Shown here piece after piece: positions 1-8,573 of a DNA stretch of 31,081 nucleotides (position 1 is its first letter; the number at the start of each line of letters is the position of its first letter). Position numbers and translations under genes: made by a program. The notes under the pieces are model-generated. The model saw nothing but the letters and a program-made list of their open reading frames with translations. It did no database searches and was not told the origin of the DNA. Origin of the DNA: Microgenomates group bacterium. GTDB taxonomy: Bacteria > Patescibacteriota > Microgenomatia > UBA1400 > PJMF01. The stretch is from the NCBI GenBank assembly GCA_009776965.1, contig WRMU01000001.1, forward strand, positions 1 to 31,081, written 5' to 3'.

Positions 1-399
1 CTCAGAGAAAAACTAGACGTCTTGAAACAAGTAGGCTTAGGTTATATCACTCTTGGCCAAAGCGCCCCCACTCTCTCCGGCGGCGAAGCTCAGCGGGTAA
101 AACTAGCTAAAGAACTATCCAGTAATAGACTAGACCATATGGTTTATCTATTGGATGAGCCCACCACTGGTCTACATTTTGCCGATGTTCAAAATCTCAT
201 TAATATTCTCTTTAGCTTAGTTAATCAAAACAATACCGTCATTGTTATTGAACACAATCTCGATGTCATTAAAAATGCTGATCATATTATTGATTTGGGG
301 CCCGAAGGTGGACTTAAAGGCGGACAAGTTGTTGGCACCGGCACTCCCTCCCAAATCGCCAACAACCCCTACTCTTGGACTGGTAAGTTTCTTCAATAA
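1..399 (+). CDS. uvrA: Excinuclease ABC subunit A, C-terminal fragment (5' truncated by the window)
   Basis: Frame is open from base 1 ([15 protein letters not shown]...). ABC signature [16 protein letters not shown], Walker [18 protein letters not shown] and DLGPEGG, as in the second NBD of UvrA. Confidence 0.95.
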   Translation, partial: LREKLDVLKQVGLGYITLGQSAPTLSGGEAQRVKLAKELSSNRLDHMVYLLDEPTTGLHFADVQNLINILFSLVNQNNTVIVIEHNLDVIKNADHIIDLGPEGGLKGGQVVGTGTPSQIANNPYSWTGKFLQ

Positions 400-440
400 A
401 ACAGCCGCGGTAAGCTTGTTTCAGGATATCGCAGCTGTTT
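399..440 (+). terminator. Imperfect hairpin directly after the uvrA stop, possible terminator
   Basis: AAACAGC-C-GCGGTA...TATCGC-A-GCTGTTT forms a 14-bp stem with one mismatch and one G-U. Only a short U run follows. Confidence 0.4.
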
Positions 441-607
441 CCCCTCACCGGGTATGCTCCTAATATAAAATAAACTATCCCAAAAAAAAAGGCGCAAAAA
501 AGAGCGGCTCATGCACCTATATTTTTCCCTCGTCTCATCCCAAAATATTTTTATGGGTTGATATATTTAGAGCAGTTTTTGCAATAATGTGTTATAGTCA
601 AAAAGTA

Positions 608-616
608 TGATAAAAT
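608..616 (+). promoter_or_regulatory. Extended -10 element TGaTAAAAT, 7 nt before ATG 624
   Basis: TGA at 608-610, TAAAAT at 611-616, ATG at 624. Confidence 0.55.
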
Positions 617-623
617 GAATATC

Positions 624-1004
624 ATGACAAAAAAAGGTCAAGTCGGTCCATTTAGTTTATTCAAAAGTTTTCGCGCCGCTGCCGCTGGCTTAGGCCAAAC
701 CCTACGCACCGAACAAAACATGCGCTTTCATCTTCTAGCTACGGTCATCATTCTTGCTTGCGGCTGGTGGGTCCAGCTTAGTCCAGTTGAGTGGTCTTTG
801 ATCATTTTGTGTTGTGTTGCCGTCATGGGAGTGGAGTTACTAAATACTGCCATCGAATATCTCTGCGATATTGTCCGCGATAAAATGCGTCTCAACTATC
901 AGGCCACCAAAATCCCTCGGGATATGGCTGCTGCCGCTGTGTTGATTGTTTCCATGGGTGCCGCTGCTGTTGGCTTAATTATTTTTTTACCTAAGTTTTT
1001 TTAA
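624..1004 (+). CDS. dgkA: DgkA-family diacylglycerol/undecaprenol kinase (track start 615; 624 preferred)
   Basis: About 126 aa with three hydrophobic segments; EQNMRFH, ELLNTAIE and RDMAAAAVL match the prokaryotic DAGK motifs. Confidence 0.85.
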   Translation: MTKKGQVGPFSLFKSFRAAAAGLGQTLRTEQNMRFHLLATVIILACGWWVQLSPVEWSLIILCCVAVMGVELLNTAIEYLCDIVRDKMRLNYQATKIPRDMAAAAVLIVSMGAAAVGLIIFLPKFF

Positions 1005-1013
1005 TTTGCTCTT

Positions 1014-2390
1014 ATGTCTGGCTTTTCTAAAAAAATCAATAACTTCAAAGCCCTTAGCCAAGTTTCTCACAGTCTCCTCTCCCATCCCAAAAATGAGGAT
1101 TTAGTCCAAAACACTGTTGACACTATTCTCTTAGAGATTAATGCTCTGGGAGAAAAGTTTGATATGGCTTTAGTAGCTCTCGTCGATAAGGAAAGAAGGA
1201 ATCTGAGGCGAGTGGCCAGCTCCCAAACCAATCGTGTCGCCGAAAAACTAGTTAAATCCCTCAGGCATGAAGTGGGTATCAAAATCTCCGAAGTAGTCAC
1301 TCCCCTCACCCATAAAAAAAACCTTTCTGTTCTCTGCGTGGTTCAAGACAAAGTCTGTTTTTCTTATGATTTAGTGGATTTGATGTGTCCCCCTCTAACC
1401 CAAGAACAAGCTAGGGAGATTCAAAAAGCTGGCGGCTTAAAGACATTTTTTATCTTTCCCATTAAAATTGATGATCAAGTTATCGGCTGTTTGATTTTAA
1501 GCACTATGCGCAAACTCCATAAATTAGCTAATGAAGAACGCCAACTTATTGAAAGCCTGACTGATATCATTGGCATCGCCGTCCAAAACCAAAAGCTCTT
1601 TGCCCAAATTAAAGAAGATAAAAAAAGACTAGCTAAGGCCAACAGACAACTCCAAGCCCTCGATAAAACTAAAAATGATTTTATTTCTGTCGCCAGCCAT
1701 GAGTTGCGCACTCCCATGACAGCCATCAAAGGCTATGTCTATCTTCTCCAACAAACCGACAACTTGCCCGATAAAGCCACCCAACTCAAATACCTTCAAA
1801 CTTGCTATGATAGTGCCGATCGCCTCATCACCTTAGTTAACGACATGCTTTCTATTAGCAAGATCGAGGAGGAAGGTTTTGCTCTTTCCAAGGGTTGGAT
1901 CGACCTAGCTAGTATCATGCATAAAGCCTATGATGCAGTCGTTTCTATTGCCATCAGAAAAAAAATAAAGTTTACTCTCAATATTGCACGTGAACCACTC
2001 ATGATTGGCGCTGATGCCAAACTCCTCCACGAAGTAACCGCTAATTTTTTAAGCAATGCTCTAAAGTTTACCAATCGAGGAGGTGAAGTTGCTCTCAATT
2101 TAAGTATCATTAAGAAAGAAAATAAGGAGTTTGTCAGAGTCTCTGTTTCCGACACTGGAGTGGGCATTGCTAAAGAAAACGCCGACAAGATTTTCTCCAA
2201 GTTTACTCGCCTCGAAAAATCTTATGTCAAAACTAGCGATACCGGCACCGGCCTAGGGCTTTACTTTGCTCAGCGAGCCATTAAAAAACATGGTGGCGAG
2301 ATTTGGTTCGACAGCATCGCCGGCAAAGGTTCAACTTTTTATTTTCAACTACCCTTAAGCTCCACCCCTCCTCCTCCAGAAGAAGACTAA
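1014..2390 (+). CDS. Soluble GAF-domain sensor histidine kinase (GAF-HisKA-HATPase_c)
   Basis: H-box FISVASHELRTPMT, N-box NFLSNALKF, G1 DTGVGI, F-box IFSKF, G2 GTGLGL. GAF-like region (FPIKIDDQVIGCLIL...IGIAVQNQKLF). No transmembrane segment. Confidence 0.9.
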   Translation: MSGFSKKINNFKALSQVSHSLLSHPKNEDLVQNTVDTILLEINALGEKFDMALVALVDKERRNLRRVASSQTNRVAEKLVKSLRHEVGIKISEVVTPLTHKKNLSVLCVVQDKVCFSYDLVDLMCPPLTQEQAREIQKAGGLKTFFIFPIKIDDQVIGCLILSTMRKLHKLANEERQLIESLTDIIGIAVQNQKLFAQIKEDKKRLAKANRQLQALDKTKNDFISVASHELRTPMTAIKGYVYLLQQTDNLPDKATQLKYLQTCYDSADRLITLVNDMLSISKIEEEGFALSKGWIDLASIMHKAYDAVVSIAIRKKIKFTLNIAREPLMIGADAKLLHEVTANFLSNALKFTNRGGEVALNLSIIKKENKEFVRVSVSDTGVGIAKENADKIFSKFTRLEKSYVKTSDTGTGLGLYFAQRAIKKHGGEIWFDSIAGKGSTFYFQLPLSSTPPPPEED

Positions 2391-2402
2391 GTCCCTCACT
2401 TT

Positions 2403-3773
2403 TCAAGTCTTGATTATCAGGTTTTTGAACTCCTCATTCGTCAGCGGTGCGGCCTTTGTGCAGGCCACGTCATAAATCTTTTGTGCCTGCTCATCAGTCA
2501 AATCTAATCCCAAATCATATAGAGCCTTTAACTTAATGCCCTTTAATCCTGTCGCTGCCGAGACTACAATCTTCGGCTTTCGCCCCCATTCTGCTGTTCC
2601 CCATGGAGAATGAATAGCATTTTTCATGGTCGTCAACATTTTTTGAGCATCGCTCAGTTCTTTGATCAGCCTCTCCACTTTATATTCCGCCGCCAAATGT
2701 GTTCCAAAACAAGAGCTAAAGGCATTTCCTGCCAAAACTCCCATCTCTGGCACTTCTTCTCCAATTAGTTGTCCATAAGCCTTGCTTACCGCCCAAAGTT
2801 TTTGTGGTTCAAAAGGGACAGTTTCTCTGCTTCCTCTAAGCACATAATACAGATTTGCTGCCATCGCCTCCAGCGAACAGTTCCCTGCTCGCTCCCCATC
2901 ACCCCAAGGAGCAATTCCCACCATTTTGGCTCCATTAGCTAGCGCCACCAAAGCATTACTCACTGCCAATCCTCGATCATTATGATTATGGATTTTGATT
3001 ATCACCTCAGCTCGCTCTAAATCAGTCAGTATTTTTTGCACAAACTTGAATAGTCTGGCAGTGCCTCGCTCTCCCGCCACTCCCGCTGTATCAGTGATAA
3101 TTAAGGTTGTTAAATAAGCCCCTCCTGCCTCCGCCATAACTTCGATTATCTCTTTGATAAACCAAGGCGGAGTTTGGGTGGCGTGTTCAATAGTGCCATA
3201 AATCTCAATTTTATACTTCGCCGCTAATGCAAAGCTTTTTCTGATATCATTCTTTATCTGCTCCACCGTCCAGCCTTCGGCGAACATTCGCAAAGGAGCC
3301 GTTCCGCGGAAAATTGCCATCCCCGTATTCGGGTTAATCTTTTTACACTCCTTTCCCCATTCCACCGCCTCAACCATCGTTGGCGAGCCCAATACCGGAA
3401 CCATCTCCGGCATTTCTTCATGTAGTTGTGAGAGAATACTCTGTATCCGTTGATCCGTGATTGTTCCTCGCCCCGCATATAAACCAATCAAGCTCCGCCT
3501 GATCCCCAAAGCATAAATCGCTCGCAAATAATCCATAGCCTTATCTACATCAGGAACAATCTTCACTCTGCCTAATGCGTCTCGCAACCCCTCGTCCATC
3601 AATATCGTTTCACTCGCTTGTTTTGGTGTCGGCTCGGTTAAAATCTTTTTTTCTACCTCCGTTAACCCATCCTTATCCCGCTCATTATCCCAATCAAAAT
3701 TGTGTGGTAAAGTCTCGTCGTATAGCTCACTAATCTTGGCGAATAGTTCTTGCTTGACTTTCTGTGTACTCAT
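2403..3773 (-). CDS. DRE-TIM metallolyase, LeuA/homocitrate-synthase-like, lacking the regulatory domain; substrate unknown
   Basis: DEGLRD (DxTLRD), TIEHA (catalytic Glu), TDTAG, HNHNDRGLAVSNALVA (HxH metal site), GERAGNCSLE. About 55-aa N-terminal extension. Confidence 0.85.
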   Translation of the reverse strand: MSTQKVKQELFAKISELYDETLPHNFDWDNERDKDGLTEVEKKILTEPTPKQASETILMDEGLRDALGRVKIVPDVDKAMDYLRAIYALGIRRSLIGLYAGRGTITDQRIQSILSQLHEEMPEMVPVLGSPTMVEAVEWGKECKKINPNTGMAIFRGTAPLRMFAEGWTVEQIKNDIRKSFALAAKYKIEIYGTIEHATQTPPWFIKEIIEVMAEAGGAYLTTLIITDTAGVAGERGTARLFKFVQKILTDLERAEVIIKIHNHNDRGLAVSNALVALANGAKMVGIAPWGDGERAGNCSLEAMAANLYYVLRGSRETVPFEPQKLWAVSKAYGQLIGEEVPEMGVLAGNAFSSCFGTHLAAEYKVERLIKELSDAQKMLTTMKNAIHSPWGTAEWGRKPKIVVSAATGLKGIKLKALYDLGLDLTDEQAQKIYDVACTKAAPLTNEEFKNLIIKT

Positions 3774-3780
3774 CCGATAT

Positions 3781-3786
3781 ATTATA
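3781..3786 (-). promoter_or_regulatory. -10 TATAAT, 7 nt before the DRE-TIM ATG
   Basis: Plus-strand ATTATA at 3781-3786; start codon CAT at 3771-3773. Confidence 0.6.
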
Positions 3787-3811
3787 CACTACTATGCAAG
3801 TAAGCTCTAAA

Positions 3812-4972
3812 ATGTCCATCTTCCAAAGTAGTCAAGTAGATAAGGTCATGGCCCTCACTGAGGCGGCTAAAGCTGCTGGTAGGGATATTATTTCCCTAAA
3901 CATGGGTGTTCCTTTTTATCCTCTACTCCCAGAAATAGCCACTAAATTGGCCGCTAATCTCACTCGCCCCGACATTTCCTTCTACACTCCTTTTAACGGT
4001 CGATCCGACTTGCGCGCTAAATTAGCCGAGGTTTCTAGCCACAAAACTGGTCGAAAAGTTAGTCCAGAAGAAATCTCTGTTACTGTCGGTGCTATGGCCG
4101 GTCTTTTTAATGTTTTTCTCACCGTCCTCGACCAAAATGACGAAATCATCATCCCCGCTCCTTATTTTTATTCCTACCGCCAACAAGTAGAATTAGTCGG
4201 TGCCAAAGCCGTTGAAGTACCTCTAGAGCTTAACAGTCAGGGAGCTTACGAACTTCCTCTTGAGCGTATCAAAAAAGCGATTAATAAACATACTCGCGCT
4301 ATTCTCATCAACTCCCCCCATAACCCCACCGGTGCTATTTTTAGTGAGCAAAACCTGCGCGAACTAGCTGCCTTAGTGGCCGACAAAAAAATCTATGTTA
4401 TCACCGATGAGGTCTATGACTATCTTAGCTTCACCGGCAAAGAAGTATTTAATATTGCCTCCCTCTGGCGCGACTTAGATCCCTATCTAATTCGCTGCTA
4501 TTCCTTTTCTAAAATCTACGGTATTACCGGCTACCGGCTTGGCTACCTCCAAGCCGATAAAGCTCTTATCGACAAACTCTACGGCGTTAACATGGACACC
4601 GTCATCTGCGCTCCCACTATCGCTCAAGAGTTAGTCATGATTGCTCTCAGTGAGCCCGAGCTTCCTTCTCTCGCCAAACACATCAAAACTCTCACCGCCA
4701 ACCGCTCCCTCATGATGAAGGAGTTAGATCAAAGTCCTGAGCTTTTTTCCTATATTATTCCTCAGGGAACTTACTATATGTGGGTCAAATATCATTTGCC
4801 TATCTCCAGCTACCAGCTTACCAGAAGGCTGATTCAAAAAGAAGGTGTGGCCGTTTTCCCCGGTACTGGTTTTGGCGAGGCGGGAGAAGGTTTTATTCGT
4901 TTCTCTTTTGGCGGGCAAGCCGCTAAAGTCACCGAAGCCTTCGCTCGTTTACGTCAGTCAGGGTTAAAATAA
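3812..4972 (+). CDS. PLP-dependent aminotransferase class I/II (start uncertain: 3812 or 3794)
   Basis: INSPHNPTGA, VITDEVYD, SFSKIYGITGYRLGY (PLP Lys), FIRFSF. The track's GTG start at 3764 overlaps the divergent gene and is unlikely. Confidence 0.9.
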   Translation: MSIFQSSQVDKVMALTEAAKAAGRDIISLNMGVPFYPLLPEIATKLAANLTRPDISFYTPFNGRSDLRAKLAEVSSHKTGRKVSPEEISVTVGAMAGLFNVFLTVLDQNDEIIIPAPYFYSYRQQVELVGAKAVEVPLELNSQGAYELPLERIKKAINKHTRAILINSPHNPTGAIFSEQNLRELAALVADKKIYVITDEVYDYLSFTGKEVFNIASLWRDLDPYLIRCYSFSKIYGITGYRLGYLQADKALIDKLYGVNMDTVICAPTIAQELVMIALSEPELPSLAKHIKTLTANRSLMMKELDQSPELFSYIIPQGTYYMWVKYHLPISSYQLTRRLIQKEGVAVFPGTGFGEAGEGFIRFSFGGQAAKVTEAFARLRQSGLK

Positions 4973-5902
4973 CACATAGTTATTCCTCTCTAGTTTTACT
5001 TTGCATCCTAGCTCCAACTCCATCAGCTCAATTTGTAATTCTTCCACTCGAGCTCCCAATATCTTTTGTAGTTCATCGCTGGTCAATCCTTGTTTATACT
5101 TTTTAAGCAGCTCCCCAATCCGCCAGCCCAATTCGCTCACCTCCTCTCTTTTCCATCCCACCACTTTCTTCTTGGCCTCTCTTTTATCCTCAATTTTTAA
5201 CACCTTTGGTATCCCGATCACTCGTCCTCGATAGGTTCGGCCAGTAATTTCTTGCTTAATATCTTCTCCAGAGCTGACCAATAGCGCTCCTTGGTTTAAT
5301 AAGTTTTTTGTTCCTTCGGCAAACTTATTAAAAATACCCCCAGAAACTGCCATCACCTCCCTCCCACATTCTCCAGCTAATCTGGCAGTCACCAAGCTTC
5401 CGCTCTGCGCCGCTGCTTCCACCACCACCACCGCCTTACTCAAACCCGCTACAATTCTATTTCTCTGCAAAAAAGTCCATGGTTGAGGGAAAACTTCCGG
5501 TGGATATTCACTCACCAACACCAAGTTTCCTCTCCTAATCCATTTTTTAGCCAATTGCTCATGTGTCGAAGGAAAAAAGTTATTCACCCCAAATCCCAAT
5601 ACTCCGATACTTTCTCCTCCGCCTTCCATCGCCGCCACTTGTGCTTCTGTGTCTATTCCATACATCAGCCCCGACACCACTACCACTCCTAGCCCCGCTA
5701 ATTCGCCCGCAATTTTTCTCGCCGCTCTCTGCCCATATTCTGTCATCATCCTCGCTCCCACCATGGCTACTGGCCAAGGTCGCTGCAAAATCTCCTCTCT
5801 GCCATAGACATAAATCTTCGCCGGAGGGTCTTTAATCTCTCGGAGTAGAGCGGGATAATTTTTCTGCTCGAATCTAATAATTGTGGGTTGTATATCAAAC
5901 AT
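4964..5902 (-). CDS. dprA: DNA-processing protein DprA, with C-terminal winged helix and no N-terminal SAM domain
   Basis: YPALLREIKDPP, VAMVGAR, VSGLMYGID, FLQRNRIVAGLS, VVEAAAQSGSLVTA. Confidence 0.92.
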   Translation of the reverse strand: MFDIQPTIIRFEQKNYPALLREIKDPPAKIYVYGREEILQRPWPVAMVGARMMTEYGQRAARKIAGELAGLGVVVVSGLMYGIDTEAQVAAMEGGGESIGVLGFGVNNFFPSTHEQLAKKWIRRGNLVLVSEYPPEVFPQPWTFLQRNRIVAGLSKAVVVVEAAAQSGSLVTARLAGECGREVMAVSGGIFNKFAEGTKNLLNQGALLVSSGEDIKQEITGRTYRGRVIGIPKVLKIEDKREAKKKVVGWKREEVSELGWRIGELLKKYKQGLTSDELQKILGARVEELQIELMELELGCKVKLERNNYVLF

Positions 5903-5915
5903 AGAGTTTTTCCAT
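5895..5915 (-). other. 6-codon upstream ORF (MEKLYV*) overlapping the dprA start codon
   Basis: ATG 5915-5913, GAA AAA CTC TAT GTT, TGA 5897-5895; the ATG lies 7 nt after TATGAT. Confidence 0.4.
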
Positions 5916-5922
5916 TAACCCT

Positions 5923-5928
5923 ATCATA
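5923..5928 (-). promoter_or_regulatory. -10 TATGAT upstream of dprA
   Basis: Plus-strand ATCATA at 5923-5928. Confidence 0.55.
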
Positions 5929-5937
5929 CCCACAAAA

Positions 5938-5954
5938 GTTACAAAATAGTTACA
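5938..5954 (-). promoter_or_regulatory. TGTAAC-N5-TGTAAC direct repeat, putative OmpR/PhoB-family (WalR-like) operator
   Basis: Plus-strand GTTACA at 5938-5943 and 5949-5954, within a perfect 11-bp tandem (AGTTACAAAAT x2, 5937-5958). Confidence 0.55.
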
Positions 5955-5968
5955 AAATCAGCGCAATC

Positions 5969-6415
5969 TCACACTTGCGCCAACAAGGCTATCGTTTCTC
6001 CCCACTGCTCCGCTCCTGCCTTTTCCTTAGCTTGAGTAATCTTCTCTAGTACCCCAGCATCTTGTGCATGCATTTTTTCTAGTCCTGACATCCTCTCCCA
6101 AGCCAAATCTTTCTTCAACTTCAGTGCTTTTTCCACTAGTATCCGCTCTAAGTCGGGGATCACTTCCATCAAAAAAGCCTCCATTTCCGCCTGCTTTTCC
6201 TCATCGCTGATCTCCATTTTTTTAATTACGTCAGTCAATTTCACCAATTCTTCTTCGGTCAATAGCAATTCCACATCATTATCCAAAAAATCATCCCAAA
6301 CCGCCTTATTTAGCCGCTCTAAAAAGTTTTCTTTTTCCTCATCAGTCAGAGACTCTGCTCCCAGCAGAGTAAAGACATTTTGTTGTTCCAGAGATTGGGC
6401 AGTTTCTTCTTGCAT
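5969..6415 (-). CDS. Acidic helical hypothetical protein (possibly DUF5663-like); start 6415 preferred over track 6433
   Basis: 148 aa, E/D/K-rich. NVFTLLGAESLTDEEKENFLERL resembles small CPR proteins as recalled (unverified). The track's MLYH N-terminus is the translated -10 box. Confidence 0.7.
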   Translation of the reverse strand: MQEETAQSLEQQNVFTLLGAESLTDEEKENFLERLNKAVWDDFLDNDVELLLTEEELVKLTDVIKKMEISDEEKQAEMEAFLMEVIPDLERILVEKALKLKKDLAWERMSGLEKMHAQDAGVLEKITQAKEKAGAEQWGETIALLAQV

Positions 6416-6421
6416 ACTATC

Positions 6422-6447
6422 ATGATATAGCATTTTTTTGGTATAAT
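6422..6447. promoter_or_regulatory. Back-to-back bidirectional promoter: minus TATCAT (6427-6422) and plus TGgTATAAT (6439-6447)
   Basis: Boxes lie 6 nt from ATG 6415 (-) and 7 nt from ATG 6455 (+). Confidence 0.6.
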
Positions 6448-6454
6448 CAACCCC

Positions 6455-8572
6455 ATGTTCAAAAAGATTATTTTTGGTCTATTCACTGTCCTGCTTACCG
6501 TCGTTCCTTTTTTATTCACTTGGTTTAACACCGAGCTCTTTGAACTACCCAAAATGACTGCCGTTTATCTGCTCGCCGTGGCTCTAGCCGCCACTTGGCT
6601 ACTCGATATGGTTGTCAATCGTCGTATAATTTTCCGCCCCACCCCTCTCGACTTGCCCATTCTCCTGTTTTTGCTCTCCCAAATCATTTCCACCATCCTT
6701 TCCCTCCATCCTCCCACCAGCCTTTTTGGTTATTATGGGCGTTTTAATGGCGGTTTGCTTTCCATCATTTCTTATATCATTATTTTTTATACCGCCGTCA
6801 ACTATCTCACAAAAGCCGACTTCTTCCGCCTCCTGCGCGCCTCTCTCGTCTCCGCCGCCCTAATTAGCCTCTGGGGGGTACTTGAACATTTCGGCCACTC
6901 TTTTTCTTGCCTGCTAGTAAATCAAGAACGTGTTCTCTCTGGAGCTGCTTCCATCGGCGAAGTCTTTAACGTCGATTGTTGGGTACAAGACGTACAAGCT
7001 CGCGTCTATGCTTCCTTTGGCCAACCCAACTGGCTCGCTGTCTATCTCATCACTCTCATCCCCCTCAATCTTCATTTTATCATCCAAGACACCAAGCAGA
7101 AAAAATATCGCTCCCTCGCTTTCCTTTGGGTAACCGCCGTTCTTATGCCTTGTGCTCTATTTTTTACTTATTCACGCTCCGGCGTTTTGGGCTTATTAGT
7201 TTCTCTATTTTTTTTCCTCATCGGTTTAATCTTTATCCATCGCTCGCCCAAAAAAGCTTTTTCTCCTCCAGTAATTATTTTTATTTTTACCGCCATCGTC
7301 TTAGCCTTCCTTTGTCGAGCCACCTATCTAAGCGACTTAGCTTCTCCCGTTGGAGCTCAGGAACAATCAGAGCTAATTGTTCGTAACGAAATCACCGATT
7401 CTGCCGACATTCGCCTTATTGTTTGGCGAGGCGCCCTAGATGTTTGGAAAAGATACCCTCTTTTTGGGTCTGGGGTCGAAACTTTCGCTTATAGCTACTA
7501 TTTAGATCGTCCCGTGGAGCACAACTATACCTCCGAATGGGATTTTCTCTATAACAAAGCCCATAATGAGCTGCTTAATTATCTGGCCACCACTGGACTC
7601 TTTGGTCTCCTAACCTATCTTTCAATTTGGAGTGTGTTTGGCTATTTACTTCTTAAAGCCCTTCTCAATTCTCATCTCGAGTCTGCCGACAAGACTGTTA
7701 TTACCGCCCTTGGAGCTGGCCTCACTGCCATGTTCATGGCCAACTTCTTCGGTTTTTCCACCGTCGTCAGCAATGTTTTAGTTTTTCTATTTTTAGCCGG
7801 CTTAATTATTATCACCCAGACCCCAATTCCCCAAAAAACCAAGAAGGCAAAAACGTTAGTCTTTTGGCAATATGCTGCTTTCGCCATTATCGCCGCCAGC
7901 TCTCTCTCCTGCCTTCATCGCCTAGGCAACTTCTATCTGGCCGATTATAATTACCGCCTCGGAGAGACCTACATTAATCTTCGTCAGGTCGAAGCCGGTC
8001 TCACCAAAATCCATCAAGCTCTCAAATTAAATCCCCTTCTTGATACCGCCTACAATGAGCTAGCTAATATTTATGCTCAAATAGCTGTTTCCTATGCTAA
8101 ACAAGAAGCCCAGCCAGAGCAAATTGCTCCCTTTATCGCTCGCGCAGAAACCTCTCTAGACAGCTCTCTTACCCTCAATTCCCATCATATCACCTCCCTT
8201 AAAAACGCCGCCCGTGCTTATACCACTCTCGCTCAAATCGACCTCAGCTACCTTACCAAAGCCCAAGATGTTTACTCCCACGCGCTAAAGTTAGCCCCCC
8301 ACGACCCCAAGCTCAATTACAATTTGGCCATCCTTTTCTATAATACCAACCGTCGCGATGAAGGCAAAGAGCTTTTAGAAACCATCACCACCTACCTCAA
8401 GCCTAACTATCTAGAAGCTCGCCTTTTTCTCGCTTCCCGAGCCATTGAGGATGAAGATTTTGCTTTGGCCCAAAAAAATTATCAGTATATCCTAGACCAT
8501 CTCGATCCCACTAATGAACAAGCCTTAACCAATATAGTTATTATCGCCACCATGAGTGCCCAACAAAATTGA
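6455..8572 (+). CDS. O-antigen ligase/Wzy_C-family polytopic membrane protein with C-terminal TPR-like repeats (putative oligosaccharyltransferase)
   Basis: Many TM helices; ASFGQPNWLA, TYSRSG, RLIVWRGALDVWKRYPLFGSGVETF, KAHNELL. C-terminal helical repeats (ALKLNPLLDTAYNELA, ALKLAPHDPKLNYNLA). Confidence 0.8.
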   Translation: MFKKIIFGLFTVLLTVVPFLFTWFNTELFELPKMTAVYLLAVALAATWLLDMVVNRRIIFRPTPLDLPILLFLLSQIISTILSLHPPTSLFGYYGRFNGGLLSIISYIIIFYTAVNYLTKADFFRLLRASLVSAALISLWGVLEHFGHSFSCLLVNQERVLSGAASIGEVFNVDCWVQDVQARVYASFGQPNWLAVYLITLIPLNLHFIIQDTKQKKYRSLAFLWVTAVLMPCALFFTYSRSGVLGLLVSLFFFLIGLIFIHRSPKKAFSPPVIIFIFTAIVLAFLCRATYLSDLASPVGAQEQSELIVRNEITDSADIRLIVWRGALDVWKRYPLFGSGVETFAYSYYLDRPVEHNYTSEWDFLYNKAHNELLNYLATTGLFGLLTYLSIWSVFGYLLLKALLNSHLESADKTVITALGAGLTAMFMANFFGFSTVVSNVLVFLFLAGLIIITQTPIPQKTKKAKTLVFWQYAAFAIIAASSLSCLHRLGNFYLADYNYRLGETYINLRQVEAGLTKIHQALKLNPLLDTAYNELANIYAQIAVSYAKQEAQPEQIAPFIARAETSLDSSLTLNSHHITSLKNAARAYTTLAQIDLSYLTKAQDVYSHALKLAPHDPKLNYNLAILFYNTNRRDEGKELLETITTYLKPNYLEARLFLASRAIEDEDFALAQKNYQYILDHLDPTNEQALTNIVIIATMSAQQN

Positions 8573-8573
8573 T

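Noticed and set aside
394-513. 39-codon minus-strand ORF (MSRSFLRLFFW...) or a structured ncRNA in the uvrA-dgkA gap
   Set aside because: No promoter, RBS or recognisable family; it runs through homopolymers. No tmRNA, SRP, RNase P or riboswitch hallmark was seen.
482-1970. A8-A9 homopolymers as phase-variation switches
   Set aside because: Coding frames are intact, such runs are expected from Lys/Asn codons, and there is no read-level evidence.
3764-3811. Head-to-head coding overlap of the aminotransferase (GTG 3764) and the DRE-TIM gene
   Set aside because: In-frame ATGs at 3794 and 3812 remove the overlap and leave room for the promoter.
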